Virus record (IMG/VR): IMGVR_UViG_3300027801_001565
Length of the DNA stretch: 64,000 bases
Strand: one strand, 5' to 3'
Origin: a virus
A program made the translations under genes and the position numbers. The first letter of the stretch is position 1, and each line of letters starts with the position of its first letter. This document shows positions 1 through 9,278 of the stretch, in pieces. The notes below the pieces were generated by a model, which was not told the origin of the DNA, searched no databases, and worked only from the letters and a program-made list of their open reading frames with translations.

Positions 1-271
1 GGTGGTCTAGTTCGAGGACTGCGGTAGAGCTGTCTACTTCGTCATAAAGTCTTTCTAGTTCACGTTTAAATTGTATGAACTCTACATCTCTGTCGTTATG
101 TTCTACACCGAGTGTTACATAGAAATGGAACATGTGTCTGTGAGGATATCCTAAAAAGCTAACATCGTCCCATTCACCTGTAGCATACTTAGGATTTGTA
201 TCTGCTCCTGGGAAAAAATGTACTCCCTCTTTTTGGAAGCTTACTTTTATGAAGCGGTTCTTATAAGCCAT
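1..271 (-). CDS. queD: QueD-like 6-carboxytetrahydropterin synthase (3' end runs off window)
   Basis: Not in the ORF track. Manual translation from ATG at 271: MAYKNRFIKVSFQKEGVHFFPG...GYPHRHMFHFYVTLGVEHNDRDVEFIQFKRELE. His-rich T-fold-type motifs; clustered with folE, queE and dpdA. Confidence 0.7.
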   Translation of the reverse strand, partial: MAYKNRFIKVSFQKEGVHFFPGADTNPKYATGEWDDVSFLGYPHRHMFHFYVTLGVEHNDRDVEFIQFKRELERLYDEVDSSTAVLELDH

Positions 272-804
272 GTTGGTTCCTCTCTGTTTGTATATTTAGC
301 AAAGTCAATTTTGTATTTGTTGTAATACCTGCGATAAGAGTTGACTACACTCTCACCTTTTACATCGTCTGGCATTGCCAACGGTAATCCTTTTACATCT
401 GCCTCACTAGCAAATGGAATATTTTTAGGTGCGTACTTCAAAAGATGTTCTAATTTTTCTTGTGTTAAGTGAGTACGCCCATACCTGTGAGTATATTCTT
501 TAGATAGTTTATACCATAGATCATATAGATAATTATAATTGGCAGAGCTACTTCTAACCCAGATACCATCTGGGTGGTTAACATGGCTTGCCTTATATAA
601 TGTAGATTCCATATTGTTATTACTATGTCTCCATCGCTTGATAGCTCTACCGTTTTTTGTTTTGTCTCCATATAAATCTCCGTCTAATACTCTATGTGCT
701 GTAGACATTAGTTGTGCGTATTCAATTACCATTTTAACAACATGCTTATCACAATGTTGTTCTGCACATAGTAGTGGGTTTTCATTAAGTAAAAATATGT
801 TCAT
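247..804 (-). CDS. Pyrimidine-dimer DNA glycosylase/endonuclease V-like protein
   Basis: MNIFxL...DKHVVKM..EYAQLMSTAH, HxNHP..W and YRRYY motifs of a common phage family usually given this annotation. Confidence 0.6.
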   Translation of the reverse strand: MNIFLLNENPLLCAEQHCDKHVVKMVIEYAQLMSTAHRVLDGDLYGDKTKNGRAIKRWRHSNNNMESTLYKASHVNHPDGIWVRSSSANYNYLYDLWYKLSKEYTHRYGRTHLTQEKLEHLLKYAPKNIPFASEADVKGLPLAMPDDVKGESVVNSYRRYYNKYKIDFAKYTNREEPTWLIRTAS

Positions 805-2075
805 TCAAATAAATCCTCTAAACTACTAGGTGCCTCCGTACCAACAGCCATGCTCTTCATACTGCCACCTAAATACTGGTTGTTTTCCCAGGCATCGTAT
901 TCTTCACGATTAGTTACATTGTACAAGTTTCTGAACTGTCCGTCAAGTTTTAACTTACCCGTAAACTTCAATAAGGTATCCTTGTCTAACATCATAGATT
1001 CTAAGTGTGCCATAAAGTTTCTAATGGACATTAGGATAAATGCTGTCCTAACATAGATCCAAGTGTTTAAGTTGCCATATTTCTCTTTAGCTTTTAAGGA
1101 AGGTGTGTTCATAAGCTCGTGAAATTCGTCTAGATCTACGCCCAATTGGACTGTTTCCTGCACGTTATTGTACATTTCACGATACAAATTAGACATTTTC
1201 CTATTGAACTTAGTTGTGCCTTTACCCATGTAATATAAACCCGTCTCAACCGCCCTGCTGTGTGTAGTAGAGTCATATGATATTTCTACATTGTCATACA
1301 AACCGTTCTGACAAAAGACTAAGTAAGGAAGCATACGTCTGATACTACCTACTCCCAAGACGTGTAAGTGCATGATCTCTTGTGGCCATATCTTAGCAAT
1401 CTCAGAGGCAATAAAGGCTCTTTTAACATCTTCTAATGGGCCGGTGCCTAGAGCCGCTGCTCCCATTGCAACACCACCAATTCTATCGTGCCATTCTGAT
1501 GGTACTTCTTCCATTAGAAGCTCATACCATCTAAGGTATGTATCAATACAGTTACCCTGTAGGATAATATAAGGTTTACATGTACTACCTGCTTTATCAA
1601 ATATTTCTAATTGTCTTTTAACATTTCTACCTGTCTTACGAGCCAGTTCTTCATAGTTCTCAAAGTCAAAGAACCTAGCCTTTGTATCGTTTCTATCTGA
1701 CTTACCGCCTGTAAGGATAACAGGTATCTCATCAAAGCACATGCCAACGTCTGCCCACTTGGCTTGGTTCTCATATACTTTATCTTTTAATTCATCTGTA
1801 ATTACCATACCTTGGGTAACAATCTGTAGTCCACCTGAGTCTGCGTGGATCTCATTTACATGAGGCTTATATACTGTGAACCTTTCACCAAAGCTTGACT
1901 CTGTATGTGCGTTGTAAAGCATAGAAAACTTGTGGCTATGTACATCAGTTACTAACTTGTCTATAAGCATGTTTATTATCTGGGAGTTTGTCTCGTCTTT
2001 TGCTACACTAGGATTACTAAATCTCATATAGCTAGTACCCGAAACAACATAGTCTAGTTTTCTATTTTTAATCAT
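801..2075 (-). CDS. dpdA: TGT-fold transglycosylase, DpdA-like 7-deazaguanine DNA insertion enzyme
   Basis: TGT motifs ADSGGLQ, FDEIP, ILQG, GGVAMG, HLHVLGVG and SYDSTT; lies within the folE/queD/queE cluster. Confidence 0.75.
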   Translation of the reverse strand: MIKNRKLDYVVSGTSYMRFSNPSVAKDETNSQIINMLIDKLVTDVHSHKFSMLYNAHTESSFGERFTVYKPHVNEIHADSGGLQIVTQGMVITDELKDKVYENQAKWADVGMCFDEIPVILTGGKSDRNDTKARFFDFENYEELARKTGRNVKRQLEIFDKAGSTCKPYIILQGNCIDTYLRWYELLMEEVPSEWHDRIGGVAMGAAALGTGPLEDVKRAFIASEIAKIWPQEIMHLHVLGVGSIRRMLPYLVFCQNGLYDNVEISYDSTTHSRAVETGLYYMGKGTTKFNRKMSNLYREMYNNVQETVQLGVDLDEFHELMNTPSLKAKEKYGNLNTWIYVRTAFILMSIRNFMAHLESMMLDKDTLLKFTGKLKLDGQFRNLYNVTNREEYDAWENNQYLGGSMKSMAVGTEAPSSLEDLFE

Positions 2076-2581
2076 GATCTAAGAATCTCAATTAACACCT
2101 TAGCTTCTGCTGTTGCATCGTCTAAAGCATTGTGGTTATTTGCCTTGGGCAATCTTTTATTCAATACATTCATAAGAGTTCGTAAACAAGATATGTCCCA
2201 GAACTTCCAGGGTATGTCTACGTTCACTGCTTTCATTGCACTCTCTAATATAACAATATCAAAGTTGGCACCGTAACCCCATGCTGGGAATGATTGTGTG
2301 CCGTACCAAGACACAAATTTGTCTAGTGCTTCTTGTAGATCAACAGGATCTTTTTGCCAAGCCTCTCTAGCCTCGACAGTTTGTTCTTGCCACCACTTAA
2401 TTGTACCAGGATCTATGTGTAGTCCTGCCTCTTTACATGACTTAGCATCTACATTAATATAAAACGTATCTACAATTTCCATGTTGTCAATTAGTACTGC
2501 CCCAATAGATACAATACATGCGTTAGGTTCTGTACTTAGAGTTTCTAAGTCAATTACTACATGTTTTTTAGATGTGTCCAT
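2072..2581 (-). CDS. DEDDh 3'-5' exonuclease (ExoVIII/DexA-like)
   Basis: IDLETL, WGYGANFD and HNALDDA motifs. Confidence 0.85.
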   Translation of the reverse strand: MDTSKKHVVIDLETLSTEPNACIVSIGAVLIDNMEIVDTFYINVDAKSCKEAGLHIDPGTIKWWQEQTVEAREAWQKDPVDLQEALDKFVSWYGTQSFPAWGYGANFDIVILESAMKAVNVDIPWKFWDISCLRTLMNVLNKRLPKANNHNALDDATAEAKVLIEILRS

Positions 2582-3260
2582 TGCCTATTTCCTGTAATTT
2601 AATATTGTCCATAAATTCTTGTTTAAGATGTATGTTAGTTTTTAACTCACCTTTAACAACCGTTGTTTGTGTAGAACTATTACTTGCCATTATGCCTCTG
2701 TTCTCACAGCAACCATGTCTCGCTCTAATGTAAACTGCTACACCCTTACTTTGTGTAAGTTTCTCAATACGTTCTGCTATCATTTCTGTTAGCTCTTCTT
2801 GTAAGTGTCCGCGATTTGATAAGTGCTGAGCAACTCTTGTGTACTTGGACAAACCAATAACAAAGTCACCTGGCAAACACCCTATGTAACATACACCACT
2901 CACTGGTTGGTGATGATGTGAACACATGGATTTAATATTCATTCGTACAACAATTAGTTGATCGTACTGGCCTTCGTTAGGGAAAGAAGCTATCCTAGGA
3001 TCTGGTAAATACCTACCACTCATTATCTCATTAATATACATCTTTGCCAAACGATTAGCTGTACCTTCTGAATTTGGATCATTGTCTGTGTCTATAATAA
3101 GACTACTTAATACTCCTTGAAACTTACTTGCCAACTCGTCTATAAGTTGTTGTCTCTCATAGTCATCTAATATATATTCTGAAATATTATCAGCGGCAAA
3201 GTAACGTTTACCGTCTGCCTTTAGTCTTGTCTTAATTATCTCGCTCATTAAATCTGTCAT
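2568..3260 (-). CDS. folE: GTP cyclohydrolase I
   Basis: SMCSHH, IGLSKYTR, RGHLQEELT and HGCCENRG motifs; ATG at 3260 abuts the upstream stop. Confidence 0.93.
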   Translation of the reverse strand: MTDLMSEIIKTRLKADGKRYFAADNISEYILDDYERQQLIDELASKFQGVLSSLIIDTDNDPNSEGTANRLAKMYINEIMSGRYLPDPRIASFPNEGQYDQLIVVRMNIKSMCSHHHQPVSGVCYIGCLPGDFVIGLSKYTRVAQHLSNRGHLQEELTEMIAERIEKLTQSKGVAVYIRARHGCCENRGIMASNSSTQTTVVKGELKTNIHLKQEFMDNIKLQEIGNGHI

Positions 3261-3682
3261 TATTTTTTCTCCCACGGAAATACTAACCATTGTGTGTTAT
3301 TATACAGAGTCTTACCTACAAAGTCAAGCTCCATTGTACCAATTTTATCATAAAGTACCGCCCATTGGCTAGTAGGCATGTACTCTTTTATCTGTTGTAT
3401 TGTTAACCCAGAGTCACATATATCATCTACAAATATCAGCTCGTCTACGTTCTCTTCTAAGTTAAGTAGAGTTGGTACATCTTTATCGCTACCATCTCTT
3501 GTCTGCCATTGTAGAGCTGTAAAAGGTATGTCTAACATCTGAGATATCATAACCCCTGGTATAAGTCCACCTCTACTAATGCCTATTACTCTTTTATATT
3601 CTCTCTCACCTATTCGTAATGCCAACAACTGGACAATCTTTTCCATCTGACTCCAGTTGATATACATTTTAGGCTCACTCAT
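3260..3682 (-). CDS. Type I purine phosphoribosyltransferase (gpt-like)
   Basis: IGISRGGLIP, PRPP loop FVDDICDSGLT and C-terminal WLVFPWE; likely start MSEPK at 3682. Confidence 0.85.
   Translation of the reverse strand: MSEPKMYINWSQMEKIVQLLALRIGEREYKRVIGISRGGLIPGVMISQMLDIPFTALQWQTRDGSDKDVPTLLNLEENVDELIFVDDICDSGLTIQQIKEYMPTSQWAVLYDKIGTMELDFVGKTLYNNTQWLVFPWEKK
3299..3327 (-). promoter_or_regulatory. sigma70-type promoter upstream of folE (inside the PRT gene)
   Basis: TTGACT-17 nt-TATAAT on the minus strand. Confidence 0.7.
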
Positions 3683-3891
3683 ATTTTTACCGCCAGTACA
3701 ACTAGGATACATAGCTGAATTATAATAACCAACAGTAACTCTAATGCTAAAATTGTGTGATACCATATCCATCTTGTTTTATATGCTGTATCTATTGATA
3801 CGTCTGCTGGATCTGGATCTAGCCATTGTTCCTTCGGTATCGCTATCGGTGAGGTGCCTCCCCACATTACTTCTTTAAATCGTTTCCACAT
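3679..3891 (-). CDS. Small membrane protein, unknown function
   Basis: 70 aa with a C-terminal hydrophobic helix; tightly packed between queE and the PRT gene. Confidence 0.65.
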   Translation of the reverse strand: MWKRFKEVMWGGTSPIAIPKEQWLDPDPADVSIDTAYKTRWIWYHTILALELLLVIIIQLCILVVLAVKI

Positions 3892-3892
3892 T

Positions 3893-4780
3893 TTATGTCC
3901 CCCATGCGTTGCCGAAGAGATCTATATGTAATCGAGGACTAAATTTATATCCAGTCTTCATACATGCCTCTGCTACGTCTTTTGCTGTTAGTGCTTGTTG
4001 TTCCATTGTTGCGCCTTCTGGCATACAATATACCGAATGTATCTGTACCCCACTTTTCTGATACTGTAGAACAAAATAGTCTACCTCAGTAAAGTCTTCT
4101 ATATCACGAACAACAAATTTGTTATATAGAAAGCTGTTATATACCTGATTCATTGTAACCAGTGCGTCTGGAATACATGCCTCGTCTTGCTTTTCACCAC
4201 TAAGGCTTAGCTTAGGAGATGTACTCCATGTTACATGTACTTTATCGTGGTTCGCATTAAAAAACTCTACTAGTGCTGGTGTAACCTTTTGTGTGCCATT
4301 AGTTTCAAACGTTACATTCTTTAATCCTATGTTCATACACATTTGTATGAGCTCAGGCCATACTCTCTGCCAGCCTAACAAAGGTTCACCACCTGTAATA
4401 ACTAAATGTATGTCTTCCTTCTCATCAAACTTCCCATTAGGTAGTAGGCTGACGATATGTTCAAATACCTCATCAGAAGTCTTTGTCATTTGTAGATGCT
4501 TATATTTCATAGCCCATGAAGCAGAACTATCACATCCAACAGGTGTAACTGGAAGTTCTGATATGTCTTTGTAAGCGTCTGGATGATTTTTATCGCCCTT
4601 AGGATCTAACATGTAGGGCATCTGATCTGTAGCAAGGTAGTTGCCACGTTCCTGTCCAAAGCCTGCACACTCAAAGTTGCAACCGAAAGTTCTCAAGAAT
4701 ACACTAGGGACTCCTACGAATCTGCCTTCGCCTTGGATGCTATAAAAAGCTTCGCTGTATCTAAGTTTTGATTGTTTCAT
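3893..4780 (-). CDS. queE: 7-carboxy-7-deazaguanine synthase (radical SAM)
   Basis: EAFYSIQGEG, VFLRTFGCNFEC...GCDS, ITGGEPLL, ETNGT, SPKL and SPRLH motifs. Confidence 0.92.
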   Translation of the reverse strand: MKQSKLRYSEAFYSIQGEGRFVGVPSVFLRTFGCNFECAGFGQERGNYLATDQMPYMLDPKGDKNHPDAYKDISELPVTPVGCDSSASWAMKYKHLQMTKTSDEVFEHIVSLLPNGKFDEKEDIHLVITGGEPLLGWQRVWPELIQMCMNIGLKNVTFETNGTQKVTPALVEFFNANHDKVHVTWSTSPKLSLSGEKQDEACIPDALVTMNQVYNSFLYNKFVVRDIEDFTEVDYFVLQYQKSGVQIHSVYCMPEGATMEQQALTAKDVAEACMKTGYKFSPRLHIDLFGNAWGT

Positions 4781-4788
4781 AATATGGT

Positions 4789-4817
4789 ATTATATATAAG
4801 TCCTAGGTAGAAGTCAA
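4789..4817 (-). promoter_or_regulatory. sigma70-type promoter of the deazaguanine operon
   Basis: TTGACT-17 nt-TATAAT ending 8 nt before the queE ATG. Confidence 0.75.
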
Positions 4818-5479
4818 GACATAAATTCGTCGTTTGGTTGACCGTTTTCTTCAATTACTTTCTCGGTGGGGTTAAGTGCCTCTGCTTCTGCCTCTGCTGC
4901 TGCCAAAGCCTCTGCTGCTTTAATTTTTTCGTCTAAGTATTTAGGTCTACGTTTAGGCATCTTCTTGCCTTCGTTCTGTTTGTCTGCTTTAATATTATCT
5001 GCTTCAGCTTGTTCAATAATATTTCTCATATAACCTAAGTAGTCGTTAGTGTGTTCAGTACCGTCTGCACTATTCTCTAGAATCTGTTCAATGTCTAACG
5101 ATTTAATGTACTTGAACTTTGTTTCCATCTGACGCTTCTCTTTCTGAATACGTCTAATGAATGCGTAGTATGTTATTTGTGTGAAGTAAGCAAAGGGATT
5201 AGATGATTTTGCTGGATCAAAGTTGTGCATATATGTAAGACAGTTTTCAATGCCGTCTAGGATCATTTCATCTCTGAATGTATAGTTTACAAAGTTTGCC
5301 TTGTAAGCTAAATGGTTTGCAATCTTAACAAAACATTCTCCGATGTAGTTTGTTACACGTGGTTTTTCTTCACCACTCTCTTCTGCTTCCAACCTGGAAG
5401 TACGGTACTCAGATATCCTTGCTAAGAATTCTTTGTTGTCAATGTAATGTGCCGAGTTTGGGTCACGTCTTTTAGCCAT
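4814..5479 (-). CDS. gp55: Late-transcription sigma factor
   Basis: HYIDNKEF, YIGECFVKIA, EMILDGIENC and NPFAYFTQITYYAFIRRIQKEK motifs. Confidence 0.95.
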   Translation of the reverse strand: MAKRRDPNSAHYIDNKEFLARISEYRTSRLEAEESGEEKPRVTNYIGECFVKIANHLAYKANFVNYTFRDEMILDGIENCLTYMHNFDPAKSSNPFAYFTQITYYAFIRRIQKEKRQMETKFKYIKSLDIEQILENSADGTEHTNDYLGYMRNIIEQAEADNIKADKQNEGKKMPKRRPKYLDEKIKAAEALAAAEAEAEALNPTEKVIEENGQPNDEFMS

Positions 5480-5491
5480 AATATATACTCC

Positions 5492-5899
5492 TTAATGTAT
5501 TTGTTTTTTATCTATTGCTTCTGCATAATCTAGTAATTCTTCTAGCTCCTCAAAACTATTTTCTTCTTGGGGAGCCTCTTCTTCTTCACCGATAAAACTA
5601 CCGGTCCAGTTTGTTGATTCAAGATAAATCTGATCAACCATTCTATGATAACCTTCATGGAAACTTAGTTGTAATTCTGCTGTTGTAATAACATGCTGAG
5701 AATCTATTGTAAATGTTTGTCCTTCGGCAATTGCTATCCAAGGCCTAAGATTAATCTGTTCACCTATTAGTCCAGGGATATTAGATACATGGCTTACTAA
5801 TTCTATTGGGTGTGTTATCTCTATAGAATCAGGGCCGAGCTCTACCTTACCTACTAGTGTGGTACCGTTTGCTAATTTAACTATGATAGGTTCAGACAT
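5492..5899 (-). CDS. Conserved hypothetical protein (Sm-like beta fold) between uvsW and gp55
   Basis: IIVKLANG..LVG and LRPWI pattern; conserved position in marine T4-like phages. Confidence 0.6.
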   Translation of the reverse strand: MSEPIIVKLANGTTLVGKVELGPDSIEITHPIELVSHVSNIPGLIGEQINLRPWIAIAEGQTFTIDSQHVITTAELQLSFHEGYHRMVDQIYLESTNWTGSFIGEEEEAPQEENSFEELEELLDYAEAIDKKQIH

Positions 5900-7358
5900 C
5901 TAATTTTACCAGTTTATAATCGAAACCTTCTTCGTTATAAATCTTGATCCTCTCAATTAAGTGATACAAAGTATAATTCTTTTTGGACTTCCATGATAAA
6001 TCATCACCAATATCAAACAAATTACATCTAGTCTTCTGTCCACCTCGTCTGAGTCCTCTACCTATACTCTGTAAATTTCTTATCCTGCTCTTACTAGGTG
6101 AAGCGAAAACAATATTATGTAAGTTCCTTATATTTATACCTGTAGAAAACGTTCCGTATGATGCAACTATTATAGCATCTTTTTCCTTCTCTGTCAATGC
6201 CCGAATTCCTTCTCTGGTTTCCGTGTCAGTACCACCATAGACAAAGAACACTTTCCTATCACCTTTAGCAGATTGTTTAATCATATCGTATATAACCTTT
6301 CCATGTTTTTCTACATACTGGAATAACACTAGAGTATTACCGTCTTGTGCCAAAGTAAGGTTCTTAATTATATTGTTCCTTGCCTCACATTTAACGATCC
6401 AATCTATCTCTTCCTGGTATGTTGACTTAGAGAGTATTTTCTTATCCTCATCCTTATGGTTTATTGTACAACATATAATCTTTAGCTCTGCTAGTTGTTT
6501 GTCGTCCATTAACTTTTTAGTTGTTGTAACTTTATGTGTCTGTCCAAACACACCTTCTAATACTAGTTTATGAGTCTTTGTGCCATCTAGAGTACCCGTA
6601 GTTCCTATTCTATAAGGTGTATTAACACACTTGTTCATAAGAGTTGTTAGGGATTTAGCCTTAAATAAATGTGCCTCGTCTCCATACATAACATCAAATT
6701 CTGCAAACCAACTCTTAGGATACTTGTAGATAGATTGCCATGTACTTATTGTAACAGGGAAGTCATTAGTCTTTTCTTTACCGCCATATATTTTATGGCA
6801 GTTGTCTTGTACCTTCCAGCCATTTGCTGTAGAATAGTCTGCAAAGTCACCGTACATTTGTTCTACCAGTGATGTAGTAGGTACAATAATTAATTGTTTC
6901 CTACCCTTTATCTGATGATAACGAATGAGGCTGTAAATGATAAGAGACTTACCACTAGCAGTAGGAGATAGTAGTAGAGTCCTTCCAGTTTTAATAGAGT
7001 GGGTGACTGCTTCTTTTTGATAGTCCCGAATCTCGATATCTTTTTCATCGCTTTGTAATTTAAGCTCCTTAGTAAATTTTTCTATGTCAAGTGTTTCGCC
7101 TATTTCAGGCATGTTAACTTCTATTGGGTACTCTAATGTTTGAGCAAACTCTTTCAAGTAAGGTAGTAATCCAATGTACAATTCTTTGGTGTACATACTA
7201 TATAATCTAGCCTTGCCGTCCCACATTCTGTTTCTATACATGGGCATAAACTTGGCACCCGGTACATCGAATGTAAAGAAGTCGTTTATCTCAGAGTCGG
7301 TACTTAAATCAGTATCAACATGTAGATAAACCTCATCTTTCTTGGTAACTGTTATCAT
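5892..7358 (-). CDS. uvsW: DNA helicase UvsW
   Basis: SPTASGKS, DEAH, TGTL and QSIGRGLR motifs; N-terminal WDGK. Confidence 0.95.
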   Translation of the reverse strand: MITVTKKDEVYLHVDTDLSTDSEINDFFTFDVPGAKFMPMYRNRMWDGKARLYSMYTKELYIGLLPYLKEFAQTLEYPIEVNMPEIGETLDIEKFTKELKLQSDEKDIEIRDYQKEAVTHSIKTGRTLLLSPTASGKSLIIYSLIRYHQIKGRKQLIIVPTTSLVEQMYGDFADYSTANGWKVQDNCHKIYGGKEKTNDFPVTISTWQSIYKYPKSWFAEFDVMYGDEAHLFKAKSLTTLMNKCVNTPYRIGTTGTLDGTKTHKLVLEGVFGQTHKVTTTKKLMDDKQLAELKIICCTINHKDEDKKILSKSTYQEEIDWIVKCEARNNIIKNLTLAQDGNTLVLFQYVEKHGKVIYDMIKQSAKGDRKVFFVYGGTDTETREGIRALTEKEKDAIIVASYGTFSTGINIRNLHNIVFASPSKSRIRNLQSIGRGLRRGGQKTRCNLFDIGDDLSWKSKKNYTLYHLIERIKIYNEEGFDYKLVKLDV

Positions 7359-7798
7359 ATAATTCCGTTAGTAAACTTGGTCCATTCAATGGCGTTTTTA
7401 ATATCGAATGATCTACTATTAATAGACTTCATTATATAATCGCATTGTGTAAGACATGTATTAATGTACTCAACTTTATCTGTTAGTCTAATTACATCTG
7501 CATCTGTATCTAGGTACTCATTCATCTGATTATTCAAAGGAGCGTTTCCTAAGTACTGATCCCAGCCTAAATTGTTAAGTTCTTTTTGGTCCAACTCACC
7601 GCGAAAGTACTTCCACTTCACACGCCTGAGACTTAATAGATCTGATTGAGACTTTCTAAGTTGTAATTTAAATGTTGTTAATTGGTTCAGGTATTTTGAG
7701 TGTAGTTCTGGTATTCGTGTAGATTCCTGTCCTAGGTTAAGTTCATTAACCTTACAGTCTATACTCCATTCATCTTGTATTTCGTTAAGCGTTTTCAC
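7355..7798 (-). CDS. uvsY: Recombination mediator UvsY
   Basis: IPELHSKYL and RSFDIKNAIEW motifs; adjacent to uvsW; GTG start. Confidence 0.9.
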   Translation of the reverse strand: MKTLNEIQDEWSIDCKVNELNLGQESTRIPELHSKYLNQLTTFKLQLRKSQSDLLSLRRVKWKYFRGELDQKELNNLGWDQYLGNAPLNNQMNEYLDTDADVIRLTDKVEYINTCLTQCDYIMKSINSRSFDIKNAIEWTKFTNGII

Positions 7799-7823
7799 AC
7801 ATCACCTTCTTTATAATATATAC

Positions 7824-7852
7824 ATTATACGACTATTGACTGCTTATGTCAA
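7824..7852 (-). promoter_or_regulatory. sigma70 consensus promoter for uvsY-uvsW-gp55
   Basis: Perfect TTGACA-17 nt-TATAAT. Confidence 0.85.
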
Positions 7853-7874
7853 CGTTTAATTGTACCGTTTGGTA

Positions 7875-8447
7875 CTAAGGAGTTTCAAGTGTGAAAGAGG
7901 TATATCTAAACATAGCCACTCCCACCATATACTCCGTGGAACCAGTTGATATCTCAAAATCTAGTCCCTGAATACTTACAGGAAACGCGTCCTTAAAGTT
8001 TATCTTTTGTATTGGGTTGTTGTTTGAATCTAAGATCATTAGTGTAGCATCACTATATGATGTAGAGCCTCCATCCGAGTCTGGGAATCTATATCCCTGT
8101 GATAGTCCGTAAGCTGCGTGTTGTTTAGAATCTTCTGGAAACCCCAACCCAACCATCCAATTGTATAGCTCTTTATAGTTAATCATGTCCTCTTGTATAA
8201 GGAATCTAATCATTAACTGTCCAAATTCTATCTTCTCGCCTGGGTGAGGTATGTCTACTAGTGGTGTTGATTGTACGGCAGGCATCATATTCATCTCTGG
8301 AATGTTAGCTGCTTGGCAAAAATATGAAACGTTTGGAATATTGTGGACTTGGAACTTAAAACCATTAGGTCGTAAGTAATCTAGCTCGTTAGGATTGTTT
8401 GAGGACCACGATGCTTCTGTTACATTTGTTATGTTGGTTGTTGTCAT
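7875..8447 (-). CDS. gp3: Tail tube terminator / tail completion protein
   Basis: FKF...P.VSYFCQ.ANIP, NYKELYNWM, SDATL.IL and FKDAFPVS motifs; synteny with uvsY. Confidence 0.85.
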   Translation of the reverse strand: MTTTNITNVTEASWSSNNPNELDYLRPNGFKFQVHNIPNVSYFCQAANIPEMNMMPAVQSTPLVDIPHPGEKIEFGQLMIRFLIQEDMINYKELYNWMVGLGFPEDSKQHAAYGLSQGYRFPDSDGGSTSYSDATLMILDSNNNPIQKINFKDAFPVSIQGLDFEISTGSTEYMVGVAMFRYTSFTLETP

Positions 8448-8456
8448 TTCTTATTC

Positions 8457-8831
8457 CTAGTTGAACCCTACACTAATACCACAACCACATGAGGATGACT
8501 GTTGAGGATTCCTATATTCAAATCCCTCATTAAGTCCTTCAACCTTCCAAGCAATAGTAGTGCCTTCTAAATACATTTCTGACATAGGATCAAGCCAAAG
8601 AGTAAAATCACCAAAGTCTATTGGTATATCTGCATCTTCACCTTTTTCTGCATAATTAAATTCGTATGCAAAACCAGCACAACCTCCACCTGTTAAACCA
8701 AATCTAACTCCTGCAACTCCTTTGTCCTTAATCTTCTTTACGACTTCTACTAATGCGTCTTCTGTAAAGTCAACAATAGGACCACGTGAAGTGGCTATCA
8801 TCATTGGGTCAAACGTTTTCGGTTGTGTCAA
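8457..8831 (-). CDS. iscA: A-type Fe-S cluster carrier (IscA/HesB family)
   Basis: GGGCAG and NP...CGCG.S motifs; TTG start preceded by GGAGG (alternative ATG at 8804). Confidence 0.9.
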   Translation of the reverse strand: MTQPKTFDPMMIATSRGPIVDFTEDALVEVVKKIKDKGVAGVRFGLTGGGCAGFAYEFNYAEKGEDADIPIDFGDFTLWLDPMSEMYLEGTTIAWKVEGLNEGFEYRNPQQSSSCGCGISVGFN

Positions 8832-9258
8832 GGTCCGGTCCTCCGTTGTGTAATCTATGGGCTTTCTTTTCGTCCCAATGTGTTAGTGCTTTTTTAATAC
8901 TATCTTCTGCTAATACAGAACAATGTAACTTAATAGGCGGTAACTCTAATGCGTCTGCTATATCTTTATCTTTAATTAATAGAGCCTCAGTCATTGTTAA
9001 GCCTTTAAGCATTTCAACAAACATTGTAGAACTAGCTATTGCTGAACCACAACCGTAAGTTTTAAATTTAACATCCTCTATGATGTCTGTATCAGGATTT
9101 ACTTTTAAATCTAGTTTCATAACGTCACCGCATGCTGGTGCTCCAGCCATGCCTGTAGCTACATTTGGGTCTTTAGGATCGAACCTACCTACGCCATGTG
9201 CCGCTGGATTATCTAAAACATCTTGAAATCTCTGTACTACTTTATCTGAATATGCCAT
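8809..9258 (-). CDS. iscU: Fe-S cluster scaffold protein
   Basis: GAPACGDVM, FKTYGCGSAIASS and LPPIKLHCSVLAED; all three Cys present. Confidence 0.95.
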   Translation of the reverse strand: MAYSDKVVQRFQDVLDNPAAHGVGRFDPKDPNVATGMAGAPACGDVMKLDLKVNPDTDIIEDVKFKTYGCGSAIASSTMFVEMLKGLTMTEALLIKDKDIADALELPPIKLHCSVLAEDSIKKALTHWDEKKAHRLHNGGPDLDTTENV

Positions 9259-9278
9259 TTTTACTTCCTCTTATACTG

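Noticed and set aside
801-2075. Canonical tRNA-guanine transglycosylase for queuosine
   Set aside because: Lacks the CxCxxC zinc site of bacterial Tgt and is highly divergent; phage context favours a DpdA-like role, though this is unproven.
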